A DNA stretch of 64,000 bases from an uncultured Lachnobacterium sp. (GTDB lineage Bacteria > Bacillota > Clostridia > Lachnospirales > Lachnospiraceae), in the NCBI GenBank assembly GCA_937889225.1, contig CALAST010000079.1, forward strand, positions 30,542 through 94,541. The letters run 5' to 3'. The position numbers and the translations under genes are program-made. The notes beneath the pieces are model-generated. The model ran no database searches, was not told where the DNA came from, and was given only the letters and a program-made list of their open reading frames with translations. Each line of letters begins with the position of its first letter. The first letter of the stretch is position 1. Shown piece by piece: positions 20,802 to 31,601 of the stretch.

Positions 20802-23456
20802 CTACCAACGGTTTTTTACCTTGTTTTGTAAGTCATATAATTTATTTAACGCTTCAAGTGGCGTAAGATTTCCAATGTCCACATTTCGAAGCTCATTGAT
20901 AATGTCATCATCTTTTATCGTATCAAATAAAGACATCTGCGTCAAATCCACTTCATCCAGATGTTCTTTTTTCTTTTTCTTATGTGTAGTATCAATGGAA
21001 ATATTACGAACAACATCAGTAATATCATGCGAAATCAATTCGTTCACGATTTCCTTTGCACGTTCAATCACGCTATCCGGAAGTCCGGCTAATTTTGCAA
21101 CCTGAATTCCATAACTTTTATCTGCACCACCCTTTACAATCTTTCGAAGGAAAACAATATCGTCGCCTTTTTCTTTTACGGCAATACAATAATTATTTAC
21201 CCCATTCAATTTACCTTCTAACTCTGTCAATTCATGATAATGCGTAGCAAACAACGTTTTTGCACCAATTAAACGAGTGTTGCTGATATGCTCAACAACT
21301 GCCCACGCAATGCTTAGACCATCAAACGTACTTGTTCCTCTGCCGATTTCATCTAAAATAAGCAAAGAATTTGATGTAGCATTTCGCAAAATATTTGCCA
21401 CTTCATTCATTTCCACCATAAACGTACTTTGACCCGAGGCCAAATCGTCGGATGCACCGACTCTCGTAAAAATACGGTCTACAATGCCAATATTTGCAGC
21501 ACTTGCCGGAACAAAACTTCCAATTTGTGCCATAAGAACAATTAAAGCAGTCTGTCGCATATACGTGGATTTTCCAGCCATATTCGGACCTGTAATAATC
21601 GCAATGCGATGACGGTTATTATCCAGATACGTATCATTATCAATAAACATATCATTAGTAATCATTTTCTCCACAACCGGATGGCGGCCATTTTTGATTT
21701 CCAAAAGACCGCTTTCATTAATCTTTGGCTTACAGTAATTATTCTGGCTTGCAACCAAAGCAAGAGAAACAAATGTATCAATTTTTGCAATGGCTTTTGC
21801 AGAAGATTGAATACGTCCGACATTATCGGAAATATGGGATAAAATTTCCTTATAAAGCTCGTATTCCAAACCAAAAAGACGTTCTTCTGAGCCTAAAATA
21901 GAGTCTTCTAACTCCTTTAATTCCGGTGTAATATAACGCTCAGCATTCGTGAGTGTTTGTTTTCTGACATAATAATCCGGCACCATATTTTTGAAAGAAT
22001 TTGTAACTTCCAAATAGTAGCCGAATACTTTATTGTATTTGATGCGTAAGTTTCGAATACCGGTCTTTTCCCTCTCCGAAGCCTCTAACTGGGCAAGCCA
22101 TGACTTTCCCTTTGTTTTTGCATTTCGAAGATGGTCTACTTCTTCATGATAGCCTTCTTTTATGATATCGCCTTCCCGAACGGTAATCGGAGGTTCTTCT
22201 TGGATGGAGTTCTCTAAAAGTTCATAAATATCCTTTAATTCATCCAGTTCTTCAAAAATTTCTTCTGCAAGTTCTCCTTTTAACTCCGATAGCAACATCT
22301 TAATGGGAGGAATCATTTTCAAGGAATTACGGAATGCAAGCAAGTCTCTTGGATTTGCAGTCTGATATGCGATTCGCGTAATCAAACGTTCCAAATCATA
22401 AATAGGAGCAAGGTATTCCCGTAATTCTTCTCTTGTAATTTCCTGTTTATTTAAATTTAAAATAAGTTCCTGACGTTTTAAGATTTCTTTTTTATCTACA
22501 AGCGGCTGCTCTACATAAGAACGCAGTAAACGTGCTCCCATTGCAGTTTTCGTTTTATCAAGAACCCACAACAAAGAACCTCGTTTTTGTTTGTCACGCA
22601 TTGTTTCCACAAGCTCTAAATTTCGTCTGGAAGAGCTGTCAATAATCATATACTTTCCAATGGAATACGGATGAATTGCCAAAATATTCGACAGCGAATT
22701 TTTCTGTGTCTCATATAAATATTTCAGCAACGCCCCAGAAGCTACAATTCCGCAATTGTAATCTGCAAGACCTAAGGCTTCCAAGGTATGAATCTTAAAA
22801 TGAGAAAGCAAGACTTCTTTTGCCAAATCGTCCCCAAAATACCAGCTTTCCAATGTGGAAATTGCAATTCCAAGGCGATTTTTAATATCAGAAATATCAA
22901 CGCCGCTCATATAAAAAGCCTCATTGCAGATAATTTCCGATGGCATAAATTTATTTAATTCATCCAAAAGTTTTCGTTCCGAATCTAATTCCGTTACGAA
23001 AAAATCCCCTGTGGTCACATCAGCTATCGAAATTCCGTATTTGTCAACAGAATACACGATGGACATCAGATAATTATTTTTGCTTTCATCCAAAGACTGC
23101 ATATCCATATTTGTACCTGGCGTGGCAACACGGATAACTTCACGTTTTACAATGCCTTTTGCAGTTTTTGGGTCTTCTACCTGTTCGCAAATGGCTACTT
23201 TATGCCCCTTTTGCACCAATCTGTTTATATATGTATCTGCAGCATGAAACGGTACGCCACACATTGGTGCACGTTCTTCTAAGCCACAGCTTTTTCCTGT
23301 TAATGTAAGTTCTAATTCTTTTGACACTATGATTGCATCATCAAAGAACATTTCATAAAAATCGCCCAATCGATAAAACAAAAGGCAATCTTTATATTCT
23401 TCTTTTGTCTGTACATAATGCTGCATCATCGGTGACAATTGTGAAATATCAATCAC
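20802..23456 (-). CDS. mutS: DNA mismatch repair protein MutS
   Basis: GDFYEMF, GPNMAGKSTYMRQ, STFMVEM, DEIGRGTST, SYGIQVA. Confidence 0.98.
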   Translation of the reverse strand: MIDISQLSPMMQHYVQTKEEYKDCLLFYRLGDFYEMFFDDAIIVSKELELTLTGKSCGLEERAPMCGVPFHAADTYINRLVQKGHKVAICEQVEDPKTAKGIVKREVIRVATPGTNMDMQSLDESKNNYLMSIVYSVDKYGISIADVTTGDFFVTELDSERKLLDELNKFMPSEIICNEAFYMSGVDISDIKNRLGIAISTLESWYFGDDLAKEVLLSHFKIHTLEALGLADYNCGIVASGALLKYLYETQKNSLSNILAIHPYSIGKYMIIDSSSRRNLELVETMRDKQKRGSLLWVLDKTKTAMGARLLRSYVEQPLVDKKEILKRQELILNLNKQEITREELREYLAPIYDLERLITRIAYQTANPRDLLAFRNSLKMIPPIKMLLSELKGELAEEIFEELDELKDIYELLENSIQEEPPITVREGDIIKEGYHEEVDHLRNAKTKGKSWLAQLEASEREKTGIRNLRIKYNKVFGYYLEVTNSFKNMVPDYYVRKQTLTNAERYITPELKELEDSILGSEERLFGLEYELYKEILSHISDNVGRIQSSAKAIAKIDTFVSLALVASQNNYCKPKINESGLLEIKNGRHPVVEKMITNDMFIDNDTYLDNNRHRIAIITGPNMAGKSTYMRQTALIVLMAQIGSFVPASAANIGIVDRIFTRVGASDDLASGQSTFMVEMNEVANILRNATSNSLLILDEIGRGTSTFDGLSIAWAVVEHISNTRLIGAKTLFATHYHELTELEGKLNGVNNYCIAVKEKGDDIVFLRKIVKGGADKSYGIQVAKLAGLPDSVIERAKEIVNELISHDITDVVRNISIDTTHKKKKKEHLDEVDLTQMSLFDTIKDDDIINELRNVDIGNLTPLEALNKLYDLQNKVKNRW

Positions 23457-23504
23457 TACTTTGTCCTCTTTCTAATATTGTTATACCATTTCTTGTTCGT
23501 ATTT

Positions 23505-25148
23505 TTATGCATGGTTGCGATATTTTCCAATAATCGCCTCTGCTACTTTGATACCGTCCATAGCCGCAGACGTAATTCCGCCTGCATATCCTGCCCCTTC
23601 TCCGCATGGATATAAGCCGCTTACCATACTTTCAAATGCTTCATTTCGCAAAATACGAACCGGAGAAGATGTACGGCTTTCAATTCCGGATAAGATTGCA
23701 TCGTTTCTGTCAAAGTTTGGTATGATATGACCAAAATGCTGCATTCCATCTGCAAATGCTTGTTCCATTTCCGAATTTAATAATCCTCTTAAATTTGCAA
23801 ATGCAGTCATACCCTTTGTATTGGATGAAAAATCACCATATGCCTGCGAAATACGGTTTTCTTTAAAATCTCCAAACAACTGCTGCGGGATTTTACCATT
23901 TGCCAATAAATAGGCTTTTCGCTCTAAACTTCTTTGGTAGGCAAGACCTATTAACGGATGATTTTCTTTTTGCGAATGTTCGCTTAATGCATGTTCGTTT
24001 TCTTGGGAAATTTCATGCAAGAAATCTTCCATTCCAACCGAAACAATAATCGCACTATTTGCGGTAGACGAATCTCGTTTTGAATAACTCATTCCATTTA
24101 CAACCAAACGCTGTTCTTCCGAAGAAGCATTTACAACATAGCCACCCGGACACATGCAAAAGGAATACACACCTCTCCCATTCGGGAAATTAGCGGTTAC
24201 TTTATACGGAGATGGTGGAAGCAACGTTGATTTTTTCTGTAATCCATACATTGCATGATTTATCATATCTTGTGGATGTTCCACACGAAAACCGACTGCA
24301 AAGTTTTTCGCTTCCATTGGTACATGTAAGTCATACAACCGCTCAAAGGTATCTCTTGCACTATGGCCTAAAGCTAAAATAACAACTGATGCATCAAACT
24401 GTTTTGTACCACACAAAACCCCTTTTATCGTATTATCTTCTATTATAAAATCGGTCACACAAGTATTAAAATGAATAGCACTTCCTTTTTCCAAAAGGTA
24501 ATTTCGCATATTTTTTACCACTTCGCATAATATGTCTGTTCCGATATGTGGTTTATTTTCATATAAAATCGTTTCGGGTGCACCAAACCGCACGAATGTT
24601 TCAAGCACAAAACGATTGCGGTTGGCAGGGTCTTTTACTAATGTGTTCAGTTTCCCATCCGAAAACGTACCAGCCCCGCCTTCTCCAAACTGTACATTGG
24701 AAGCAGTATTTAAAATGCCTGTTTTCCAAAATTGTGCCACATCACTCGTGCGTTCTTCCACAGTTTTTCCTCTTTCTATTAAAACAGGGCAAAATCCTGC
24801 TTCAACAAGGATATACGCTGCAAACAAACCTGCCGGACCTGCTCCAATAATCAGAGGCGGATGCTGCAAAGTTTCTTCCCCACAATCAGGCAAATGATAT
24901 GTTTTATCCTTTGCAATGGAAACCGACGGAATATTTATTTTTTTTACAATTTTCTGTTCGTTCGCCACGTTTACAAGACAAGAATACACATAATAAAGTT
25001 CCGGCTTTTGTCTTGCATCCAAAGACTTCTTTTCGATACAATATGTAAACGTCTGGCTTTTGTCCAGACGAAGCACTTTTCGTATTTTTTTTGCCAATTC
25101 CACTTCTGAGTGGGAGATTGGCAATTTTATTTGATTAATCTGAATCAT
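23505..25148 (-). CDS. FAD-dependent oxidoreductase
   Basis: GAGPAG, GEGGAGTFSDGKL, FCMCPGG, GEGAGYAGGI. Confidence 0.85.
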   Translation of the reverse strand: MIQINQIKLPISHSEVELAKKIRKVLRLDKSQTFTYCIEKKSLDARQKPELYYVYSCLVNVANEQKIVKKINIPSVSIAKDKTYHLPDCGEETLQHPPLIIGAGPAGLFAAYILVEAGFCPVLIERGKTVEERTSDVAQFWKTGILNTASNVQFGEGGAGTFSDGKLNTLVKDPANRNRFVLETFVRFGAPETILYENKPHIGTDILCEVVKNMRNYLLEKGSAIHFNTCVTDFIIEDNTIKGVLCGTKQFDASVVILALGHSARDTFERLYDLHVPMEAKNFAVGFRVEHPQDMINHAMYGLQKKSTLLPPSPYKVTANFPNGRGVYSFCMCPGGYVVNASSEEQRLVVNGMSYSKRDSSTANSAIIVSVGMEDFLHEISQENEHALSEHSQKENHPLIGLAYQRSLERKAYLLANGKIPQQLFGDFKENRISQAYGDFSSNTKGMTAFANLRGLLNSEMEQAFADGMQHFGHIIPNFDRNDAILSGIESRTSSPVRILRNEAFESMVSGLYPCGEGAGYAGGITSAAMDGIKVAEAIIGKYRNHA

Positions 25149-25167
25149 AGTTTCCTCTTTAATATCA

Positions 25168-26361
25168 TCATTTACTTGCATTTATTGCCGCCAAATACCC
25201 GCTTCCCCATGCAAAATGCAGGTTATAACCACCACAGATGCCATCTACGTCCAAAACCTCTCCTGCAAAATACAGATTTTTTATATATTTTGATTCTAAA
25301 GTGGACAATTCAATCTCATCCGCAGAAATTCCACCTGTGCAAACCTGAGCAAATTCAAAATCACGGGGTTTCTCAATTGTTACGATTATATTTTGCAAAC
25401 AATCAGCAATTTCTTTTAATTCTTTTTTGGAATATTGTCCTGATGCTGTCTTTTTAAAATTACCTAAAACAGCATCTCCAAGTTTTTGGTTAATCAGCCC
25501 ATTTAACAGATTGCCACCTAAGCGATTGCGAAACATCAATTCTTCCATAAGTTGCTCCAGTGTAAAATCCGGCAGCAAATTTATGCAAACTTGTGTCTTT
25601 TTCTTTGCATATAATGCGGTGGATAGGCAATGGCTGATTTGAAATACCGGAATTCCGGAAATTCCATAGTCCGTAAATTGAATCTCACCTGTATCTTCTT
25701 TTAGCATTTGCCCATTCACAACTGCTTGTACCGTTCCATTCGCACGCACACCACTTATCTTTTTAAACGGCAATCCTTTCGCATAAAATGCACAAAGTAC
25801 AGGCAAAATAGGAACAAAGCGATGTCCCAATCCTTTTATTGCATCAAAAAGAGAGCCATTGCTTCCTAATTTTGGCGAAGCTAAAAGCCCACAGGCAATA
25901 ATCACTTTTTTTCCACGGAATACGCCATTATTTGTTTTCAATTCAAATCCATATTTTTGCGGAATAATCTTCTGTACACATACGTCACATTGTATCGTAA
26001 CATCTAATCGGTTTAATTCATTCTCAAAAGCGACCACAACGGAAGCTGCCTGCTCACTTGCCGGATAATAATAACCATTTTTGCATTTTGGATAAATACC
26101 GATTTCATGGAAAAAGGAAAGGCAATCTTCTTTTGTAAAATGGGAAAGTATCTGCTCAATCAGTGCTTTCCTTCCAAAGAAAGCACTTTGTTCCATATAT
26201 GCATTTGTAAAGTTGCACTTTCCATTTCCCGTAGCAAGAATTTTCTTTCCACATTTATCCATCTGTTCTAAAACAAGCACATGTTTTCCCTGTTTTGCAG
26301 CTGTTCTTGCTGCCATAAGACCGGAAGCACCTGCACCTATTACGATAATATCCCAATTCAT
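25168..26361 (-). CDS. HI0933/BaiN family flavoprotein
   Basis: GAGASG, KILATGNGKCNFTN, GEVLDVDGICGGYNLHFAW. Start uncertain (26361 or 26370). Confidence 0.88.
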   Translation of the reverse strand: MNWDIIVIGAGASGLMAARTAAKQGKHVLVLEQMDKCGKKILATGNGKCNFTNAYMEQSAFFGRKALIEQILSHFTKEDCLSFFHEIGIYPKCKNGYYYPASEQAASVVVAFENELNRLDVTIQCDVCVQKIIPQKYGFELKTNNGVFRGKKVIIACGLLASPKLGSNGSLFDAIKGLGHRFVPILPVLCAFYAKGLPFKKISGVRANGTVQAVVNGQMLKEDTGEIQFTDYGISGIPVFQISHCLSTALYAKKKTQVCINLLPDFTLEQLMEELMFRNRLGGNLLNGLINQKLGDAVLGNFKKTASGQYSKKELKEIADCLQNIIVTIEKPRDFEFAQVCTGGISADEIELSTLESKYIKNLYFAGEVLDVDGICGGYNLHFAWGSGYLAAINASK

Positions 26362-26521
26362 ACTTTTCATTATCCTTTTCTTATGCAATACAAGCAATCG
26401 TGTGCCGGTTAGATTTATTTTCTTTCATAAGCAAAAAAGAATGATAGCACACTCGTTTAACAGTTTATCATAAGAAAGTCAAAGTGTAAAGCGTTCAAGT
26501 TGCTGTTCAAGAACACGAAAC

Positions 26522-26893
26522 TTAGCTGGAATAACTCTCTAAAAAATCATATAAATCAGATTCGGTCTTCAAAAAAATGCCCTTCTTTAAATTCTCAAGA
26601 AGCTCTATTGGCAAATCCTCTGTTGCAATTCCGGTTTCCATATAAAATTGGTTTGTTCGGGCTTCATATACAACAAGTTGATTATCTTTTTCCAAAATAT
26701 AAAACATATATTCCGATGCTTCCTGCTTGATATCGACTTCAACCAATTCCTGTGATTCTTGCGTATCTTCTGTAATTTGTGTATGGTCTGCTTGCTCATA
26801 TTCTTTTTTGGTATTGTTAAATTTTATAAATGCCAAACTTAATGCAATAAGTACAACGGACAAAAAAATGCAGACACTTATTTGTTTTTTCAT
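26522..26893 (-). CDS. Secreted protein with BofC-like C-terminal domain
   Basis: N-terminal signal/TM; C-terminal TGI...LP....L..GI.....L..FLESYSS pattern. Confidence 0.6.
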   Translation of the reverse strand: MKKQISVCIFLSVVLIALSLAFIKFNNTKKEYEQADHTQITEDTQESQELVEVDIKQEASEYMFYILEKDNQLVVYEARTNQFYMETGIATEDLPIELLENLKKGIFLKTESDLYDFLESYSS

Positions 26894-26951
26894 ATTATCA
26901 CCCCAAATAAGTATCTGCATATTTTTATGTTTTATTCAAATTTTGGTTCAA

Positions 26952-28622
26952 CTATTTATTTTTCAATAAATGTGCTTTCTTTGCAAGAGCTACTATCAAA
27001 TGTCCTTTCGGGAATCTGCGAATGTCATCTTCGGATAAGCCTTTCAGCAACAACAGAACAACCGCATAAACAAGTACTGCAATAATAATGGAAATACATA
27101 AGGCTACCGCATTGTTATTGAAAACACTATAGAACAGCTGATATACACCATATGCTATAGCTCCCATAATTGCAGATGCAATTGCCGGAATAAGAAACGT
27201 TTTTTGAATTTCCTGCTTATATCCGCTATATCTTTGTAAATCTCTTGCATTTAAAATGCACATCACAAGTGCAAAGAATGCATTTGCAACAACAACCGCA
27301 TAAATATTCAGACGGAAAAACAACATAAGTCCTACAAGAAGTATGATATGTGCAACTAACGCAATCGCTGCATTTTTTACAGGCACATTTAGTTTATTGA
27401 TACCTTGCAATAGCCCGTTGGAAAGCGTGGACATGGAATAAAATACGACTGCTGCAGAACCGATTAGCATAATCTGCGATGCCATATCCAAAGTTTCCAT
27501 TGTTCCAGGGAATAGCAACATAAAAATCGGTTTTGCAAGCACAGCCAGTCCCACACAACTTGGGATAGCAATTACCATAACAAATCGCATAGCCGCATTA
27601 ATAAGATTACGCACCTGCTTGTCATTTTCTGCTGCAAATGCCGCGGTAAGTGTAGGCACGCTTGAAGCTGCAAGTGCTGAGGAAATGGAAATCGGCACGT
27701 TGATGAGTACCTTATACTTTCCGGAAAATACGCCCCACCATACATCAATCTCATTTGTTGTATAACCTTGAAGCGTTGCAATATTTTTAAATAACGCCTG
27801 GTCGATAATACCGCTGATATTGTAGATGGTCGTGCTTAATAATACAGGAATAATCGTAACGATAAGAATCTTCATCGTATAGGTGAAAGAATTAACTTTT
27901 ACGCCCCTCTCACGCTTCATTTTCTTTTTGAAAACTCGCATATAGGCATAAAATACAAATAACATAAATGCTAAGCCTGAAATCGCACCAATATTTGTAC
28001 CAAGCGTTCCGCCAGCCGCACCGTAGGCTGCTGCATAGCTTTCCGGGTCACCTAAGACAGCACCGATGTTTTTCCCACGCTCAAATAATACGTAGGCTGC
28101 CCATACGCTGACAACGGCATTTACAATTTGCTCAATCACTTGGGAAATTGCAGTTGGCATCATCGTTCCCATGCCTTGGAAAAATCCACGTAAAACGCCT
28201 AATACAGCAACGATTACTAAAACAGGTGCTAAAATCTTTAAAGCAAACACGCTAAGTGGCGTTTGAAGTAGCGAAGTAAACAATTCCGCACCAAAATAAA
28301 TGATTATGGTAGCTGTTAATCCGGTAAGGATAGCAAAAGTAAGTGCTCCTTTTAAAATCTCATAAGCATGCCGTCTTTGCCCCTTAGCAATGCGGGTAGA
28401 AACCAACTTAGAAACAGCAAGCGGCAAACTGTATGATGAAATAATCAGCATAATATTATAGATTTCAAAAGCACAGCTATAATAATTATTTCCGGTATCT
28501 CCGATAATATTTGTCATAGGAAGGCGGTATACAAGACCGATAATACGGCTGATAATAGAGGCTACCGCTAAAATAGACCCTTGTACTAAAAATCCCGCCC
28601 CATTATTTTCTTTTTTATTCAT
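26952..28622 (-). CDS. SpoVB/MurJ-like MOP flippase (polysaccharide biosynthesis protein)
   Basis: Many TM helices; RGFFQG, PTAISQVIEQ. Confidence 0.88.
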   Translation of the reverse strand: MNKKENNGAGFLVQGSILAVASIISRIIGLVYRLPMTNIIGDTGNNYYSCAFEIYNIMLIISSYSLPLAVSKLVSTRIAKGQRRHAYEILKGALTFAILTGLTATIIIYFGAELFTSLLQTPLSVFALKILAPVLVIVAVLGVLRGFFQGMGTMMPTAISQVIEQIVNAVVSVWAAYVLFERGKNIGAVLGDPESYAAAYGAAGGTLGTNIGAISGLAFMLFVFYAYMRVFKKKMKRERGVKVNSFTYTMKILIVTIIPVLLSTTIYNISGIIDQALFKNIATLQGYTTNEIDVWWGVFSGKYKVLINVPISISSALAASSVPTLTAAFAAENDKQVRNLINAAMRFVMVIAIPSCVGLAVLAKPIFMLLFPGTMETLDMASQIMLIGSAAVVFYSMSTLSNGLLQGINKLNVPVKNAAIALVAHIILLVGLMLFFRLNIYAVVVANAFFALVMCILNARDLQRYSGYKQEIQKTFLIPAIASAIMGAIAYGVYQLFYSVFNNNAVALCISIIIAVLVYAVVLLLLKGLSEDDIRRFPKGHLIVALAKKAHLLKNK

Positions 28623-28637
28623 GATAAGTTCCTCGTT

Positions 28638-29141
28638 TTATCGTAATATGTTTAGTTTCGCAAGAATTTCTTCCTGTTTTTGTTCCATGACCTTTGCATC
28701 TTCCGGTGTCATATGGTCATAACCAAACAAATGAAGCATGCTGTGGGTAATCAGAAAAGCAAATTCACGAAGTTCGCTGTGCCCATAGCTTTCTGCTTGT
28801 TCTTTTACTTTGTCAACAGAAATCACAATATCTCCAAGCATTGCTTCTCCCGTATCCGGATTAAAATCACTTTCGTCCTCCGCTTCTAAAAATGCAAACT
28901 CTCCCGGCACATCATAAGAAAGCATTGGAAAAGACAATACATCCGTAGGTTTGTCCATATTGCGAAATTCTTTATTGATGGCATGAATCCCTTCATTATC
29001 GGTAAGTGTTACATTCACTTCCGCTTCATAAGGAAAGTTTGCATATTCAAGACAAAAATTGATTACTTCTTCTGCAATTTTCGCATATGCAAACGAAAAA
29101 GGCACTTCCACTTCTTCTTCTAAATAAAAACTCATAACCAT
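28638..29141 (-). CDS. ybeY: rRNA maturation endoribonuclease YbeY
   Basis: PTDVLSFP, LGDIVIS, HSMLHLFGYDH. Confidence 0.96.
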   Translation of the reverse strand: MVMSFYLEEEVEVPFSFAYAKIAEEVINFCLEYANFPYEAEVNVTLTDNEGIHAINKEFRNMDKPTDVLSFPMLSYDVPGEFAFLEAEDESDFNPDTGEAMLGDIVISVDKVKEQAESYGHSELREFAFLITHSMLHLFGYDHMTPEDAKVMEQKQEEILAKLNILR

Positions 29142-29155
29142 TTCCCCCTTTATTT

Positions 29156-30139
29156 TTATCGTTTGTTTCTGTTTTTCTTTGTCGCTTTTTGTTCATAATC
29201 GTCGTAAGCCTGTACAATTTTCTGTACTAATGGATGTCTTACAACGTCATTGCTCGTCAGTTTGCAAATGCCGATTTCTTCAATATTTTTAAGAACGGAT
29301 AACGCAACATCAAGACCCGACTTTGCGTTTGGTGCTAAGTCTTTTTGGGTGGCATCACCTGTAATGACTACTTTTGAGCCAAAACCGATACGAGTTAAAA
29401 ACATCTTCATTTGTGCAGGGGTTGTATTTTGTGCTTCATCCAAAATAATAAAAGCATTGTCTAATGTACGTCCACGCATATAGGCAAGCGGTGCTACTTC
29501 AATCAAGCCTTTTTCCATGTTTTTTTGGAAACTGTCAGCTCCCATAATCTGATATAATGCATCATAAAGCGGTCTTAAATAAGGGTCAACCTTGCTTTGC
29601 AAATCTCCCGGAAGAAAGCCAAGCTTTTCCCCTGCTTCAATGGCAGGACGTGTTAAAATAATCCTGCCGACTTCTTCATTTTTAAAAGCTGTGATTGCCA
29701 TAGCCATCGCAAGATATGTTTTGCCGGTTCCCGCAGGTCCCATTCCAAAAACAATCATTTTCTTGCGAATGGCATCTACATAGGCTTTTTGTCCTAACGT
29801 CTTTGGTTTGATAGGCTTACCGTTTGTTGTATGACAAATCAAATCTTTGTCAATTTCTACCATAACATTCGATTTGTTTTCAGCAAGAAGGGCTATGCCA
29901 TAATTTACATTCTGTTCCGTAATCGTGTTGCCTCGTTCTGCCAGTTTATTCAATTGGGAAAATAACTCTGCCGCAGCAGCAGTATTCGATTCATGACCAA
30001 TAATTTTAATCTGGTCATTGCGAACAACGACGGTAACGCCTAATGCACGTTCTATCTTTTTGACATGCACATCAAACTGTCCAAAAATATTTGTAATATT
30101 GTCAGCCGGAAGCTGTATCAGTTTTTCATTCAAACTCAT
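29156..30139 (-). CDS. phoH: PhoH family ATPase
   Basis: GPAGTGKT, LGFLPGDL, YMRGRTL, DEAQN. Confidence 0.95.
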   Translation of the reverse strand: MSLNEKLIQLPADNITNIFGQFDVHVKKIERALGVTVVVRNDQIKIIGHESNTAAAAELFSQLNKLAERGNTITEQNVNYGIALLAENKSNVMVEIDKDLICHTTNGKPIKPKTLGQKAYVDAIRKKMIVFGMGPAGTGKTYLAMAMAITAFKNEEVGRIILTRPAIEAGEKLGFLPGDLQSKVDPYLRPLYDALYQIMGADSFQKNMEKGLIEVAPLAYMRGRTLDNAFIILDEAQNTTPAQMKMFLTRIGFGSKVVITGDATQKDLAPNAKSGLDVALSVLKNIEEIGICKLTSNDVVRHPLVQKIVQAYDDYEQKATKKNRNKR

Positions 30140-31166
30140 GTATCACTTGTTCCTCCACGGGTATATTCGTTCCAATTTCTTCTCGGGCTCTAATACTGCC
30201 CTTTATAAAGATATAATTTTCATTCTGTTCTATCATAACACGTTTTGCAAGAATTTTAACCCCATTTTTCTCTAATTTTTCAAGAAATTGGTTAAATTTA
30301 AAAAAAGAAAGCCTTTTTATGGCACTTTCGGTGTCCTCTCCACTAATTTTTGCACCCAAAAGTTCCATTTCTGTGAGAAATCCATGGTACTCATATGACA
30401 CATCTCCATAAATTAATGCATCTGCTTTTACGGATAATGTATCCTTAATAACTCCACTATCATCAAAAATATCATATTGCCCTAAGACCAAAACATCGCC
30501 TGCCAAAACGTTATCGCCTTTTTTTACTACTGCTGTTCCGGTTCGTGTCACAATTGAATAGATTTTTGCATCTTTTTGGGTGATATAATCATACCTTTGT
30601 ATGGTATCTTCTTCCTGAAAAACATATTCCTCATAGAGAGATTCCTTAATATAAATACATAGGTTAGTACGGTCTACAAAAACGGAAACCCAAGCCATTT
30701 GATTATATTCTTCCCGCAACTGATATTCAATATCAGTACAATGAATGGATTTTCCTTTCTTTCCAATCAGTTCGTCTGCTGAAATGATTTCTAGGATTTC
30801 TGCTGTTGATATTTTATTGTTTCCGGAAATATGGATATTCCAGATATACGTTAGGCTGTTCAAATAAAGGATTACCGCTACAAATGCAACAACAAACGTC
30901 CATTTTAATCTTCTATGGCGATGGCACCAAAACGGAAACCCTTTCTTTTTGAGAATGCGAAAACGTGTTTTTGTCTTTTTTAAAAATGGACGTATTAAGT
31001 AAATATCTTTTAATCTAAGATTTGCCTTTGCCATACGTTCCATATCTGTTGTAATATTCCATATTTCAATTCCATTTCTTGCACAAAGATTCAAGAAACG
31101 ATTGAGTTGTCTTCCGTTTAAATGAATACATAAGTAACCGCAAAACCATCGTATCAAATTTTTCAT
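30126..31166 (-). CDS. yqfD: Sporulation protein YqfD
   Basis: RFLNLC..NGIEIWNI, GFPF, TM, POTRA-like segment; yqfC-yqfD-phoH synteny. Confidence 0.85.
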   Translation of the reverse strand: MKNLIRWFCGYLCIHLNGRQLNRFLNLCARNGIEIWNITTDMERMAKANLRLKDIYLIRPFLKKTKTRFRILKKKGFPFWCHRHRRLKWTFVVAFVAVILYLNSLTYIWNIHISGNNKISTAEILEIISADELIGKKGKSIHCTDIEYQLREEYNQMAWVSVFVDRTNLCIYIKESLYEEYVFQEEDTIQRYDYITQKDAKIYSIVTRTGTAVVKKGDNVLAGDVLVLGQYDIFDDSGVIKDTLSVKADALIYGDVSYEYHGFLTEMELLGAKISGEDTESAIKRLSFFKFNQFLEKLEKNGVKILAKRVMIEQNENYIFIKGSIRAREEIGTNIPVEEQVIHEFE

Positions 31167-31167
31167 G

Positions 31168-31443
31168 CTAATAAAACCTTATTTCTTCCATATATCCGGT
31201 TATGATAATTTCTTCTGCGGAATAGAGTTCAATATAGAGTTCCTTTCCTGTCACTTCAATGTGGATGTCCTTTGCCAGAATTTCGATATTTTCCTGATTA
31301 TAATTTAAAATTCCACGATGATTGGAAATAAACAATTCTCGATTTCCGTTTATTTCCATATTGGGAAGCCCAAGCAGGACATCTTTCGGAAGTTCTAATG
31401 CATCTATGAAGTTGGCTGCGGTCTTTTTTTTTCGATACTTCAT
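31168..31443 (-). CDS. yqfC: YabP/YqfC family sporulation protein
   Basis: LELPKDVLLGLP...NHRGILNY...G..L.I pattern. Confidence 0.85.
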   Translation of the reverse strand: MKYRKKKTAANFIDALELPKDVLLGLPNMEINGNRELFISNHRGILNYNQENIEILAKDIHIEVTGKELYIELYSAEEIIITGYMEEIRFY

Positions 31444-31448
31444 AATAT

Positions 31449-31477
31449 ACTATATGTTCGGAAAACTTATCCTATTC
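31449..31477 (-). promoter_or_regulatory. Putative sigmaE-type promoter of yqfC-yqfD
   Basis: GAATA-N16-CATATAGT, ending 5 nt before the yqfC ATG. Confidence 0.4.
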
Positions 31478-31601
31478 AATTTCTCTGTTGTCTGATGCAT
31501 GAAAATATAAGACGAAAGACAACCAATGCGATTGTTTTATCGTATCGGTTGTCTTGATAAGGCGGACATTCGAAATCCGCATTTGTCACTTAAAAAAGTT
31601 G

